63,998 bases of DNA, filler included, from Stramenopiles sp. TOSAG23-6 (GCA_900128565.1; 8 parts of 8 records of this genome joined end to end with filler, not necessarily neighbours in it); one strand, 5' to 3'. Positions 24,286-37,933 are shown, counted from the first letter of the whole stretch. The notes: generated by a model from the letters alone, not told the origin. Program-made: numbers and translations.

Positions 24286-27200
24286 GGAGAACACAAATCG
24301 AAAGGTATAAAAACAGCAATAAATATTGCACTGAAAGCCATTACAAACAAATGGGGTGGTAATATTTCGTATAATCCAACTAAAAAAATAGCATCTTTAG
24401 AGTCGATTTTGGAGAAAAAAAAAAAACTGTTGAATGATTTTTATACCGAAAACCAAGATACAATAAATCATGCAAATAGAGTAGCTGCTGCTACAACTAT
24501 TCAGTCTGCTGTACGTCGCCGTCAAGAAAGAATGCGACAAGAGGAAGCAGCAGCAGCAAGAGAAGCTGCTGCTACAACTATTCAGTCTGCTGTTGAGTCT
24601 GCTATTGATTCTGCTGTACGTCACCATAAAGCAACTAATAATAATAATAATAATAATGATGATGATGATGATAATGATGCTCATCAAAAAACAACAGATT
24701 TTTCTGAAACAGATGATGATATTGATAATGTTTATACTACTGCTGATAGTGATAATGTTTATACTACTGCTGATAGTGATACTATTTATACTACAAATGA
24801 TACTACTACAAACCCTAAAAAATACCCTAAAACAAATAGTACTAATGCTATTACAACAAAATATCAACAATTGAAGAAAGATAAAAACGATGCATTCGAA
24901 AAAAAGGTACATGAAGAATTGAAACATTCATTCAGTATTACAAATCCAGTTACAAAAACAAATTTTAAATTTCAATTACAAAAATTGAAATTAAAAAATT
25001 TATCTGACGTTAAAGATATTCAATTAAGAGAAGGAGACACAAATCAATCGCTCAATGTAGAATTAAAAACAGGTAAAATTTTTGTCGAAGCTACAATACA
25101 ACTTGATATAAAGGCTAATAAATGCGCTAGTATATGTCGTCAAGATGATCCAGATACAGCAAAGCATCATGTACGTTTTTTTTTTTTTAAAAAAAATTTA
25201 CGTTTTTTACATTTCGTACGAAATTTTGTACCTAACAAAATTTTTTATTTTTTTTTGAAATATTTTTTCAAAATACATTGTCCTTTATTGAATAAATGGA
25301 CAACAGCTGCTCGTGCAATCCCAAATGTTATCTATCGAACGGCTCCTACTGAAAGCAGTCCCCCAACGTATTGGCGGAATAAAAAGTCATGTCATCGTTG
25401 TCTTGATGATATTGAAAGGTATGTATCGTTACCCGGTAATGAAAATGATTTTGAGAAAATCGGATTAACATACGACTGTGTAGCTAACCCAACGTGGGCA
25501 GATGATCCTAATGCTCCACCTGGTTCTGTATCAACAAGCAAAACATTTACAATCAAAACTTCAATTGAGAACATTGACACGGCGTTTGATTTGTTTCTTG
25601 GACTAAATTTTAAAAAAATGTTAAATCTCGAATTAGGCGATGTTGTTCAAGAACCAATCCGCTGTTTATCTTCTTTAATTATGGGTTCTGAGGATACAGA
25701 AACATTTGGAATGTTAGAAGGAGATGAAACACAACAAAAAGCGATACAATTGGTTCATATGGATGTTAATATTGGAACATGTATGTCTTATTTTTATTTA
25801 TTTTTTTCAAAATTTCAATTTTTTTTTCGTAGTAAATTTTGTACCTAACAAAAAAAATGTAAAATTTTCAAAAAAAAAAAAAATATTTTTCCATAATATA
25901 GTGTCACAAATTGAATTTTTTGGTATTGAGAATCAAACATTGTTGACTGCTTTGGATGTCAGTGCTGAAGTTTTAAATATTGTTTTTAAGAATTTAATTT
26001 CTAGATTTACGCCAAGTCTTGCACAAAATGCAATTCGTCCACTTATGAATGTATGTTTTTTTTTTATTTTTTTAAAATTTCAATTTTTATTTTTTTTTTC
26101 ATACGAAATTTCGTACCTAACAAATTTTTTTTTTAGAAAATTTTCAAATATTTTTCCAAAATGAATGATTCGATTCATAAGTATTTAGATACACCAGGAA
26201 ATACGATATGTCCATCTAGAAAAAGAGCTACAATTAGTGAAGTCATTCAGATAATTCTTGGAATTAAATTACATAAACCTCTTGATGATATACGAAATTC
26301 ATTTGATTCGAAATCAACAATAAAAAGTTTTTTTGATACTCAAAACCCTGTCATTATAACAGTTGAATCATCATCAGTGCAATCATCAGGTGCTGGTATA
26401 GGGGCTACAGTCAGTGACGCAAAAGAACAAAAAGAACAAAAAGAAATATCAATCACACCTCAAGACATTATTGATGTATGTTTTTTTTTTTTTTTTTTTT
26501 ACAAATTCTGAAATTTTTTTTTCATAAAAATTTTGTACCTAACAAATTTTCAAAATTTTTTTTTTGAAATATTTTTCCAAAATACATGATTTGAAAAAAG
26601 AATTTGATACTTTGAAAGATGAATCGTTTATACCTAAGAATGCAATTGACTTGTCTTTGCCTAAATTAGCTGAAACAATTTCTGAAAACATAAAAAAGAG
26701 AAATGCATTATATGTTGCACCTGGCCAATTCACTAAACAACATGTAACTGAAGCTATATTTGATATGTTACCAAAGACATATCAAAAACCTATGCTTCAA
26801 ACTTGGGCTGAAAAAGAATTTAAGATTGGAAAAGGTTCTGTTATGTCCTTATTTTTGTATAGTTTGACCAAGAACAAACAACCAACCAATGATCAATGTA
26901 AAGACAAAGTTTCAGTACAACAATGGTTTAGGGATATTGTAAGTGATTTTCAAACATTTCATGTAGTGGATTTTGAGGAAACGTCAAGTAACGCTCAAGT
27001 TGATAAATTGAAATTGAGATATTTAGATCAAACTGAAACACCAAAGGAAAATGCTGCATGGGTTTTGGAACGGACATTTAGTGAAGGTAAACTTTTTGGT
27101 CCAGGTAGTAAGGAGCGGGAAAAATTGCTACCCCCATGCTCCAGAGTGAAAGATGGCGAAGAAAAAAAAAAGACAATACCAACATTAAATAGGAATTTAG

Positions 27201-30200
27201 CAAAGACTATCGCTTCTACAAAAAATAATACAGAAAATAATACAGTAAATGATGATGATGAAGCGGAGTCAGAAGAAAAAACTTGTTTAAACATAATTGA
27301 TTTTAATAATTATTGGATAATGGATTATATTCAACTTTTAAAACATATATTTTTGGAAGGGTATAGTGCAAATGGTGAATACAAGATTAATACGATTTTA
27401 CGTAAAATATTTGAGCATGGGAATATGCTCAATCGACCTCTTGATATTATTATGTATGATAGTTTGCGTGATGAACGAGATATCTATAAAAATCAAGCTA
27501 AAGATGCTGATCCTGAAGATGAACTTTTAGTTAAATTTAAAAGAATTGAGATCACAGGAGCGAATACGTTTAATGGTGATCCTGAGAAATTTAAACCATT
27601 CGAAGTTTTTTCACCAAAGGAATTAACAAAATTAGGTCAAAATGACTCGACCACAAATAACCCTACATTACGTTCAAGTCATACCATTAATACTAAATTC
27701 GAAATTGAAAAATTGGATGTTGACCTATTTCTCGAAATTGTTTCAAAAAAACCACCTCGCTTCCCTGAAGAAGCTGCTCTTGTTGGAATTAAAAAAACAG
27801 ATACCATTACTGAAACAGGACAAATTAAAGTTAGGGTTAGGACAAAAAATATCAAGGTTGATTCGTCTGCTTTAGTAGCGTTTGATAAAGATATTTTGGA
27901 GGAAACCATGATTGGATCAATTTACAATAGTCCAGGTACCTGTTTAGCCCATATGATTAAGGCTGCTGAATTTACTAAATTTACGATAGATGCTGATGTT
28001 GATGATATTAAAGTTGAGGATGTTAAAATGGGTGGTGATGACATCCTTACAGGTGGAACAAAGATGGTGATTGAGTCGTCTATTCATTTATTTAATATGA
28101 TTTTAAAAGAGAGAATTAAATCCTTTCTTAGCCACTTTATCATGCCACTTGTCAATGATGAAATAAAATCATCTATCAAAGACCAAAAGCAAAAAGATTG
28201 TGATATTCCACTTGGTGATTATAATGATATCGTTAACGTTGGAGCTGATGCATTTGTTCAAAATTGGAGGCATAAGTTACAAGTTTTGTTTGAAAATCCA
28301 GATTTTTTAAATATGGAAATAGGTGATGTCATTAGTGGTTGGAAGTTAAATGCATCTTTGGACTATTTGGACACACAAATTGAAGAATTGAATCAAGAAT
28401 TAATTGATATTCAAAACAATTCCCAAAATTCAAAAACAGATAAAGAAAAAAAAGATGAAATTATCAAAAAGAAAACTAAAATTATTGAAAGAAAACAAGA
28501 AATTATTCAACAAGCTAAAGAAAAAGCGAAAAATGATGCAATATTGGCCCGATTAAAATCAAATTATGATGAAAATTATGATGAAAATTATGATGAAAAT
28601 TATGATGAAACAATTGCTGTAGACAAAACAAATAAACAATTTGAAAAAAAATCTACAAAAGCATTGACATTGACTGGCACTACTACAACAAATGATGATG
28701 TAGACGAGTATGTCTGTCCTGCAGATTTTTGTAATGAAGATGTATTATATGTATGTTTTATTTTTTTTTCAATTTTTTTTTTCAATTTTTTTTTGTTTTT
28801 TTTTCATAGTAAATTTTGTACCTAAACCTAAAAGATTTTTTTTTTTTTTTNAAATNTTTTTCCAAAATACATAGTATATATGATAAAACTTTAGATTTTG
28901 CTGATCCAAAAGAAAAAGGTAGTTATAATCCAATATCCATTGGATTATTAGATTCACAATTTAAAAATGTAAAGATTGATGGTGTAGCCTCAATACAAAA
29001 ATCTGATTTGTTAGAGATCATCCCAAAAGATAAATTTGGAATAAAAAATCATATTATTTCAGGTAGTAAACCAATAGGTCCATTAGGAATCATGATTGAT
29101 TTTATGTTTGATTTAACTCAAGGCAAAGAAAATTTGGCCATACATAATGCATTGCGCATAGGTGTAAAGATGTTGGATGTTGACTTTATTGCTAATTTTC
29201 ATGCCCAAGTATCGAGGTTAAGAGTCTTAGAAATGCCTATCGTACAATTATTAACTCCAAGTTGTTGGTTATCAACACTGACAACACAACAAGCTCAAAC
29301 GGGGTTAGAATTAGATCCTTTGTTTGATCATCATGGAAATTTAATTCCTAAACGATACGATGGTCGAAAGTTCAAAGCTTGGGTTGATGAATGTATGTTT
29401 TTTTTTTTTTTGAAAAAAAAATCGAATTTTTTTTTCATAGTAAATTTTGTACCTAACAATTTTTTTTTTTTTTTTGAAATATTTTTCCAAAATACATTTT
29501 CCTTATCATTTAAGCGATTGGGTATAGAAATCAATTGTATAGAAGAAGATCGGAGTTGTTCTTCTCCAGGTTTTAAAGAAATACAAAAGAACTTAGATGA
29601 CGATACAATCAAATCCTTTACGAACGACATCAACACTGCTATTCATTATGTATTTCAACATTTTTCTAAACTTGAAGGAAGCGAAGCTTTAGATATTGTC
29701 TTGAATAAAATGCCAGGGTATTGCGAGAGGAACACAATGTTAATGTATGTTTTATTTTTATTTTTTTCGGTAAAAAAAAAATCGAATTTTTTTTTCGTAC
29801 GAAATTTTGTACCTAACAAAATTTAATTTTTTTTTTGAAATATTTTTACAAAATACATTGCCCCTGGTCGAAGAAAACCACAACCACCAAGAAAAGATCC
29901 AAACACGAAACCTGGACATCATTTTATGAATAATGTTGAAGATGGAATGAAAACATTTCGTGACATGTGGGGTGGACTGTTATTCTGGATTTCTGTGGCG
30001 TTTTTAAGTATTTGTATCTGTATGTTTTTTTTTTTTTGATTTTTTTTTTGATTTTTTTTTTCGTACGAAATTTTGTACCTAACAAAAAAAACAAAAAAAA
30101 CCTAAAGATTTTTTTTTTGAAATATTTTTCTAAAATACATGTATATGTCTTGGTTGTTGTGTGTGTAGACGACGAAGACGCGCAGATCGTGTAATTTTGG

Positions 30201-30854
30201 AATATCATGAAAAACTATCAGCAGCAGCTCATTTAGCAAAACAACATACAATAAATCCTAACCCTAACAAAATCCTTGGAAATGATCAAAGTAATCATGA
30301 CATTTGTGACAGTTCATCTTTTTCTTCTCTTGTATCTTCATCTACATTATCCAATAGGACCAATAGGAAAAAAAGAAACTCAATTCAAAAACAAAAAAGT
30401 GAAGTTTTAAATCGTTTCAAAAGACAAAAAAGTGGAAATTCAATTTCCCCCCAAATTGAGGAAGAGATTGAGGAGATTGAGGAGTTAGAAAATGGTACAA
30501 GAATTTGTAGTCACCCTACAAAAACCCCTAACCCTAGTATTCTAACTACAATGACTACAATTACACCATCCATAACAAATGAGACAAAAGACGAGACAAA
30601 AGAGACAAAAGAGAAAAATCATTCGGATTTGTTAGGTACAAAATTTGGTACAGAAAAAAATAATCAAAATGATCCGAACCCTAACCCTAACCCTAACGCA
30701 ACGAAATCAAATCAATCAAATCATTCAAATTCGAAGCGTTATTGTTCATCTTTTGATCTAACGACATTTGATGATAGTAAACATCAACTCGTTACAGAAC
30801 ACTTAGCTGATGAACATTCTATGTATGTTTTATTTTATTTTTTTTTTTTTACCG

Positions 30855-30886
<32 letters not shown>

Positions 30887-31905
30887 TTTTTTTTTTTTTT
30901 TTTTTAAAGGAAAATTTTTTCCTAAACATTTTTTTTTTTTTTTTTTTTTTTTTTTCACAATGCAGTGTTACTGTTGACGTTGCTGGAGATTCCATTTTAA
31001 AACAATTACCCGTCTTTACCTTTTCATTAGCTGGTTCGTTGAAAGACATGTATGAGGCACGTGCCTATGCTTTAGTTTTGATAGTAGGGCTATTTTCTGG
31101 TGTTTGGCCATATGTCAAATGTTTGCTACTCTTGTACTCATGGTTTGCTCCTCCTTGGGTATACTCATCCCGATCTCGCGGGAAAATGTTACAAGCTCTA
31201 GATATCATGGGGAAATGGTCTTTGATGGATGTTTATGTTTTGGTATTGTGTATGATTGCGTATAGATTACGTATTTTCAATCCTCCCAATTCTCTAATAT
31301 TGTTACCAGAACAATTTGTTGTTGTGGATATTGAAGTAGTTCCAATGTGGGGATTATATGTATGTTTTATTTTTTTTTTTTAAATTTGAAATTGAAATTT
31401 TTTTTTCGTACGAAATTTTGTACCTAACAAATTTTATAATTTTTTTTTGAAATATTTTTCCAAAATACATGCGTTTCTTGTGGCTGCAATTTCGGCTCTT
31501 CTCGTAAATCATGTAGTCATCCATTCTCATAGAAATGCAATTGCTGAAGAAATTTCTGTTGCTGAAATTGCAAGAGCTTGTGAAAAAGCTAAAGCCAAAT
31601 GGAAGAGAAAACACGAAAAACACGAAAAACAGAAATTAAAAATGCTGTTATTGAAATTGCAAGAGCTTGTGAGAAAGATAAAGCCAAATGGAAGAGAAAA
31701 CACGAAAAACAGAAATAATCATAATGGGGATCATTTTCAACTAACAATGTTTGAAAATAATCAAAATAATCAAAATGATCAAGGTAATATCATGAGTAAT
31801 ACAACGGATAATACGGATAATACAATAAATAATACAACAAATAATACGACGAATAACGAATTTGATGATGAGTTTGAACTCATTGCTGATCATGTAAACA
31901 ATCAT
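24286..31905 (+). CDS. large multi-exon membrane protein with C-terminal PqiA-like domain, partial at both ends; ten internal family introns
   Basis: Continuous frame after removing 25171-25278, 25781-25901, 26051-26166, 26476-26587, 28751-28872, 29393-29497, 29745-29858, 30020-30140, 30823-30965, 31360-31470; FSGVWPYVK..LDIMGKWSLMDVYV..WGLY|AF is PqiA-like. Confidence 0.7.
25781..25901 (+). mobile_element. family intron with GT-AG ends
   Basis: Same core; ends AATATAG where the others end AATACAT. Confidence 0.8.
30020..30140 (+). mobile_element. introner-like GT-AT intron
   Basis: CT|GTATG..core..AAAATACAT|GT; joins TM helix ..SICICICLGCCVCRRRRR. Confidence 0.75.
31360..31470 (+). mobile_element. 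introner-like GT-AT intron
   Basis: TAT|GTATG..core..AAAATACAT|GCG; restores WGLYAFLVAA. Confidence 0.8.
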
Positions 31906-31936
31906 GTACGTTTTCAAAATTGAATTTCAAAATTTA

Positions 31937-31986
<50 letters not shown>

Positions 31987-32601
31987 TCCGCACCAAAAAA
32001 ATTTAAAAAAAAAAAAAAAAAAAAANNNNNNNNNNNNNNNNNNNNNNNNNNNNNNNNNNNNNNNNNNNNTTAATTAATTAANNNNNNNNNNNNNNNNNNN
32101 NNNNNNNNNNNNNNNNNNNNNNNNNAATAATATGGAAAAATATCTCGTAGGTAGAATGATAAATAATATATAACTTATCTAGTAGAATCTATAATTATAA
32201 TAAAAGGACAGTACATCATGCTAATGTAATTTTTAAATTATCATTATCATCTAAGGATTGAGTTCATTAATATTTTTATTAATTAAGACATTAATTCAGT
32301 TTTTTAAAAATTCATTAACTTAGGGTTAGGGTACTCGATTTTGAGACTAGAATCTGATAAACTCTCTCTCGTGTCTCGCTGATCTCTCTCACTGATCTCT
32401 CACTGATCAGCCTATAAAGTATATTTTTCCAGTATACGTCGAGGTACTGTAATTAAAACGCGGAAAATTCTATCTGTCCACTCCGGGATAAATGTGTAAT
32501 GAATGAAACCTTTTCACACTCTTGCCATATTCTTTCTTATTTTGTATTATTAGGGTTCGTAAGTGATTTCTACTATAATAGTTGCTTGTCCAATAAAGGT
32601 G

Positions 32602-32982
32602 ATGACACTATCTCCTGCTGAAGTTCCGTCAGAACTTTCACAATCTGTTGCTGCAGAAACTGATGGCATCACAGGAATTCAACACTTGCTAGATAAAGCA
32701 GTATCGAAATTTCATGATTCGATGCATCAGCTGCAAAATGCGCAGGATAGTACTCAAAGTTTACGCGAGGTATCCGAGCATTTTGCTTTAATTGATTTAG
32801 CTATTGAGAACCTTGCTGGAGTTGAAAGGACAGAGGACGAACAACTTTCGGAACTATCTTTGTTAGAGTCAAAAAATCGAGCTGCTTTAGAGGAATTACA
32901 CAATGCTATTTGTTTTGCTGATGATACCGCTAAGTTAGCACATGTTATCATTGATTCAAGTGTTAGAACCCTAAATCAATAA
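32602..32982 (+). CDS. small coiled-coil hypothetical protein
   Basis: 126-aa ORF from ATG with heptad-like composition. Confidence 0.5.
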   Translation: MTLSPAEVPSELSQSVAAETDGITGIQHLLDKAVSKFHDSMHQLQNAQDSTQSLREVSEHFALIDLAIENLAGVERTEDEQLSELSLLESKNRAALEELHNAICFADDTAKLAHVIIDSSVRTLNQ

Positions 32983-33583
32983 AAGAAGATGAATTACACC
33001 CTTCCAAGGACAAGTCACAGTCGCTTGTATATCATTCTATTCCACTTGTTTACAATCATTTAATAATAGAATCTGGATCCTTGAACATGGAAATTGGACA
33101 ATTACTGTTGTAGAAGTTATTTTCATTCTTCTGCTCTTGAAATAGATTTGCTAGTTCTTTGCATGGATTGGAATTGGGGAAAATTCAAGGCTCTCATTTG
33201 CAGATATTGTTTTGATATATTTGACTTTTGTGAACTTCGAAATGGTAATTTACATCAAATATATTATAGAATGTTTTTATTAAAGAGATTTAAAAAAGTT
33301 TCTATTTTAATCTGATTTTAGGCTTTTTTTTCTAATTTTTGATTTCAGATTTTCTGAGCATTTTATAATATAATTCAATTTTGTAACAACAGAACACGAA
33401 CACAATTAATTCGAAGTTGACATATCATGACTACTCACTCATGAGTCATAACGACATCAACAATGTCATGAGCTTGAGCGTGAGTTTTTTAGACGTATAT
33501 ATGACTAATCTAGACGAAAACTACCGTATAATTTACATCTTCTTTGATTGATAATTATATCAACAAAATTTTCTTAAGTTGTG

Positions 33584-34588
33584 ATGTATAATTCAGGCGC
33601 GGCTCTTTTAGTTGTGGGCATTACTGGTTTACTCACAGTCTTCACAGTCTTGTGGTTAATTATAAATGTGTTGACACAAACGAAGAAAGAGGCGAAAACC
33701 AAAANGAATGCAAACAATCCACAAATTACACGTGCACAGAGACGGACAGAATTAAAAAGTAAGTTGCGACGACGAAGAGCAGCAGAACGTCGTTCTTTGG
33801 TTAACGGGGGGAATTTAGATAGTGTCGAAGAGCAAGATGTTGAAGTTGGCTCTGAAGATTCAGATTTGGTTGATATAGCAAATTTTCAGGGTTCAAAGAA
33901 AAAACTTCGGAAATTGAAAAAAAAACAAGAGAAGAAAGATCGCCGCGAGTGGGAAGCACACCAAAGAGAGGAAAAATTGATCAGCGAGGAGGAGAAAAGA
34001 GCGGCTAGTAATTATGAACATAAAGTTGCTGAAGAAGAGCGCCTTAGACGAGAGAAAATGGAGATTGAAGAAAATCGCAAAGCTGAGGAGGAAGCGCAGA
34101 AAGAATTTGACTCCTGGAAAGGTTTATTCGAAGTCAGTGAAGCGGGAGATGAAATTGATACGGTAGATTTCAATTCTGATTGCTTACTTCAAAAATTTAT
34201 AAGTTATATAAAGTTAAGAAAAATTGTTATTTTGGAAGATGTCGCTGCAGAATTTGGCTTACACTCAAAAGACGTTATACACCGCATTAATTCATTACAA
34301 TCAATGGGGACTATCACAGGTGTTTTTGATGATAGAGGCAAGTTCATTTATATTACAGAAGAAGAAATGCTTCGTATAGCAAATTTTATTAAGACAGAAG
34401 GACGAGTCTCTTTGACAACTTTAGCTGAGAGGAGCAATGAACTGATTAATCTACTTCCACTTAAAATTTTACCTGAGAAGGATATTGAAGCTAAACTAAT
34501 TGATGAAGTTGTATATCAAGAGTGTAAGAATACAATTAGTACTGGTGGTGATGTAGTAATAATTGAAAAGGTACAACAAGGAAGATAA
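33584..34588 (+). CDS. DDRGK1: DDRGK domain-containing protein 1 (UFBP1)
   Basis: N-terminal TM, charged coil, FISYIKLRKIVILEDVAAEFGL..ITGVFDDRGKFIYI. Confidence 0.95.
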   Translation: MYNSGAALLVVGITGLLTVFTVLWLIINVLTQTKKEAKTKXNANNPQITRAQRRTELKSKLRRRRAAERRSLVNGGNLDSVEEQDVEVGSEDSDLVDIANFQGSKKKLRKLKKKQEKKDRREWEAHQREEKLISEEEKRAASNYEHKVAEEERLRREKMEIEENRKAEEEAQKEFDSWKGLFEVSEAGDEIDTVDFNSDCLLQKFISYIKLRKIVILEDVAAEFGLHSKDVIHRINSLQSMGTITGVFDDRGKFIYITEEEMLRIANFIKTEGRVSLTTLAERSNELINLLPLKILPEKDIEAKLIDEVVYQECKNTISTGGDVVIIEKVQQGR

Positions 34589-34738
34589 GGAAAAAAAATC
34601 ATGATATGGAATAAACCTGCTTTCTTATATTATAGAAAAAAGAGAGAGAGAAAAAAACGAAGACCGTTACATTTGTGTCAAAAGATTGAGAAGTGCAAAT
34701 CTTCTGCTATTCCCCCATTTAGTTCAACAAATTGTAAA

Positions 34739-37684
34739 ATGAGTAAAGTGCCATCAGCACCATCCGCACTATCCCTTGACTGGTCTTTAGGAGTGAACAA
34801 TGATATTGTTGATGGAGTTCATAGTTTGTGTGACGGTAGCCGAAATGCTCTTTTTTATGTCGCTGCACACTCAGGTGTAATTTATGACTTTCAGAACAGA
34901 ACTCAGAAACTCCTTCAAGGTCATTGTAACGTAATTACTTCTGCATGTACAAGTCAGGACAAAAGATGGATAGCGACAGCAGATAAAGGTAATGATTCGA
35001 TGATTGTCGTTTGGGACTCTTTCACTGGGGCACCCATCAAAACTATATTTAATCCTCACGAAAAAGGTGTAATTGCCATGGATATGTCACCTGATGCAAT
35101 GCTTCTCGTCACATTATCTAACGATGAATCTAATGAAACCGAAGGAACATCAGATGAAACCAGTGAAAGAGAAATTGTACAAGAAATTTGTTTATGGGAG
35201 TGGACCGCGGATAGAGTTGGTCCATTATACAGATCTAGAGTACCTATAAATGATGTACAAACATCTGTACGTTTTAACCCCAACGACGTTCGGGAAATTG
35301 TGAGTAATGGTTCACAACGTGTTGTGTTTTGGTGTTGGGAAAAACGAAAATTAGAGTCCATTTCACCAGTTATTAATCCTTCTGATTTCCAGCAAGAAAT
35401 TGGAACTTTCACTCAGTCTGTATTTTTGCCAAATGATTCAAGTGTAGTAACAGCGACAACAGACGGTGACGTTGTATTATGGGATTGTACGACAACTTCA
35501 CCTGATAAAGCACGTCGGGCAGTAAAGATAATTCATTTATCAGAATCAGGAATATTGTGTATTTATGTGGCTAATAATTATATCGTTACTGGTTGCGCTA
35601 GTGGTGCGGTTCGTTTCTTTGATTTACGTTTTCGAATTGAAGGTTGGTTTGAGGATATAAAAGCTGGTCCAGTAACTTCATTATCATTTGCAAATGGTAT
35701 ACCACGACTCTCTGTTTCATCTGATCCAGATTGCTTTGCTATACAAGATTTTATTTGTGGTACAAAAAAATCCTTAGTTGTATGTTTCCATCATTCGTTT
35801 CAAAATTTAATTTAAATATTTTTTTCATAGTACATTTCGTACCTAACGATGTTTTTCACTAAAATAAATATTTTTCACAATACATGTAGGTCTTGAAGCC
35901 CCACTTTGTGACGAAGTTGATGAAACTCGGCGTAGAGGTGTTCTTTTATTACAAGGAATCTCTAGTTCAATTCGAGGTTTATCCACCCATCCGCGAATGT
36001 CACATGTTGCACTCAGTTCATCGAATGGCTCTGTTCAATTATGGGACTTTGAATCAAAACGGTTATTGATGATACGTTCTTTTGACGATAGTAAAGGTGA
36101 ACCAGTATCGCTTCAGTATCATCCTAGGGGTAATTATCTTGTCCAAGGTATGGCAGATGGGACTCTAATGTGTCTTCATCCAACTACGCTTGAGAATGTA
36201 CCGAATGGATTATTTAAAACTGGTGAAGGGGCAATCACTGATATACGTTTTTCACTTGATGGATTATTTATGGCAACAGCTGACACTGAGTTGTGTGTTG
36301 CTTTGTATTATATGGGTGAGGAATGGATATTTTTGGGAAAGTATAAAAGCCATTCTGCGCCTATTACAGGTTTAGAATTTGGAATTTCAAACAAAGGTGT
36401 ACCTTTTCTTGTTTCTGTTGGTGAAGATAGGCATATTGTTGAATACGACATTGAAGGATCTTCAGTAAGAAATGGTCTTTTATTAGCTCATCCAAGGAAT
36501 AAAGTAGAGCAACGTGCTATTCCTACGACATGTATGGTATATAAAAATCCCACAAAAGATCCTAGTGATGACACGAGTGGAGAAGATTTTGTTTTGATTG
36601 CAAATAATGAATTTAAAGTTTGTACATGGAGTACAACATACGAAGTGTGTAGACACACATCTCTTGGGCCTACGTATGTATGTTTTTTTTTTTTTTCAAT
36701 TTTGAATTTTTTTTTCATACGAAATTTTGTACCTAACAATTGTTTTTAGATTTTTTTTTGAAATATTTTTCTACAATACATGGAGGCCCCTTAAATAGGA
36801 TGTTGCCGATACCAAATGGAGAAACAAACGGTAATGAGAATTCTGTATATCAAAGTTCAAAGTCTAAATATATTGCATATTCTACATTAAACAAAGTCGT
36901 TGGTATCGCCAAGCTTCCATTGGATGGTAATGGAAATAGTACTGTTGGATTAATTGCACATCCTGATGAAATTGCGAATATATCAGTTTCTTATGATGGT
37001 CGATATTTACTAACTGCCGGGGCGAATGATCGTACGGTCAATATATGGAAAATAAACACCAATATTGTTGATGATGATGACGTAGTGATAGATGATAATT
37101 TTAAATCAAAAAACATTAAACCAAGTATGATACCATTTATCTCTCAATTAGATGGAGGTATTTCTGGGAGTGTTTATAAAGATCTCTGTGACTATTTTTA
37201 TTATGCACAATTGAGAATGCAAGGTGAAAAATGTTTGAATGATCGAGAGATCACAGGAAAAATTACATTGTCTGAAATTCCCAATATAATGCGTGCTTTA
37301 GGGTATTACCCAAGCAAATGGGAATGTGCACGAATGTGCAACGAAATTAAATACAGTAATTTTGTACAGTCCGGCAAAATCGAGACTTTAATTGATTTAG
37401 ATTGTTTGATTAAGTTGTATGTGAATCACAGACCATTGTTTACCGTTGACAAGGAAGCAATTACGAAAGCATTTGAAACACTTACGCAAGGGACAATGGA
37501 ACTCGAGTGGAAAGAACTTTTATCAAGGTTGAAGAATGAAGGCGAATGTATGAGTAACGAGGAAATGGATGCATGCTTACATGCCTTGGTGGATAAAGAA
37601 CAACCACCAGCACTTGTAGATCCGAAAAAGTTTGCTACAGATGTGTTGGGTTTTGAAGAGTATGTTGAAGAACATGAAGGTTAG
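34739..37684 (+). CDS. CFAP251: cilia- and flagella-associated protein 251 (WDR66); GT-AT introns 35780-35885 and 36678-36781
   Basis: QKLLQGHCN, WIATADKG, LGPTY|GGP, LPLDGN, IAHP, DYFYYAQLR, MRALGYYPS, LYVNHRP. Confidence 0.9.
35780..35885 (+). mobile_element. introner-like GT-AT intron
   Basis: GTT|GTATG..TACCTAAC..CAATACAT|GTA GGT; nearby AG is out of frame. Confidence 0.75.
36678..36781 (+). mobile_element. introner-like GT-AT intron
   Basis: TAT|GTATG..core..CAATACAT|GGA; restores conserved LGPTYG. Confidence 0.85.
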
Positions 37685-37933
37685 TGTTATTTGCTATAGA
37701 TGTGTTGGGTTTTGAAGAGTATGTTGAAGAACAAGGCTAATATAGTTAAAAGCACAAAAAAAAATGCAGTAGAAATACACCAGACTACAACAAAACACGT
37801 TGTACTTGAGACTTTAATAAAATATATTTTTAAAAGATTTGTGTAGTATCATGACTTAAAATATAAATATTAAACACGTGAAGTCAACCTATGTAATATT
37901 ATTTATACGAAAATTAATATATTAAACGTATAT

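Noticed and set aside
23368-24927. Hydrophobic or poly-Ile/Met ORFs (23368+, 24397-, 24593+)
   Set aside because: Shadow frames of low-complexity coding sequence.
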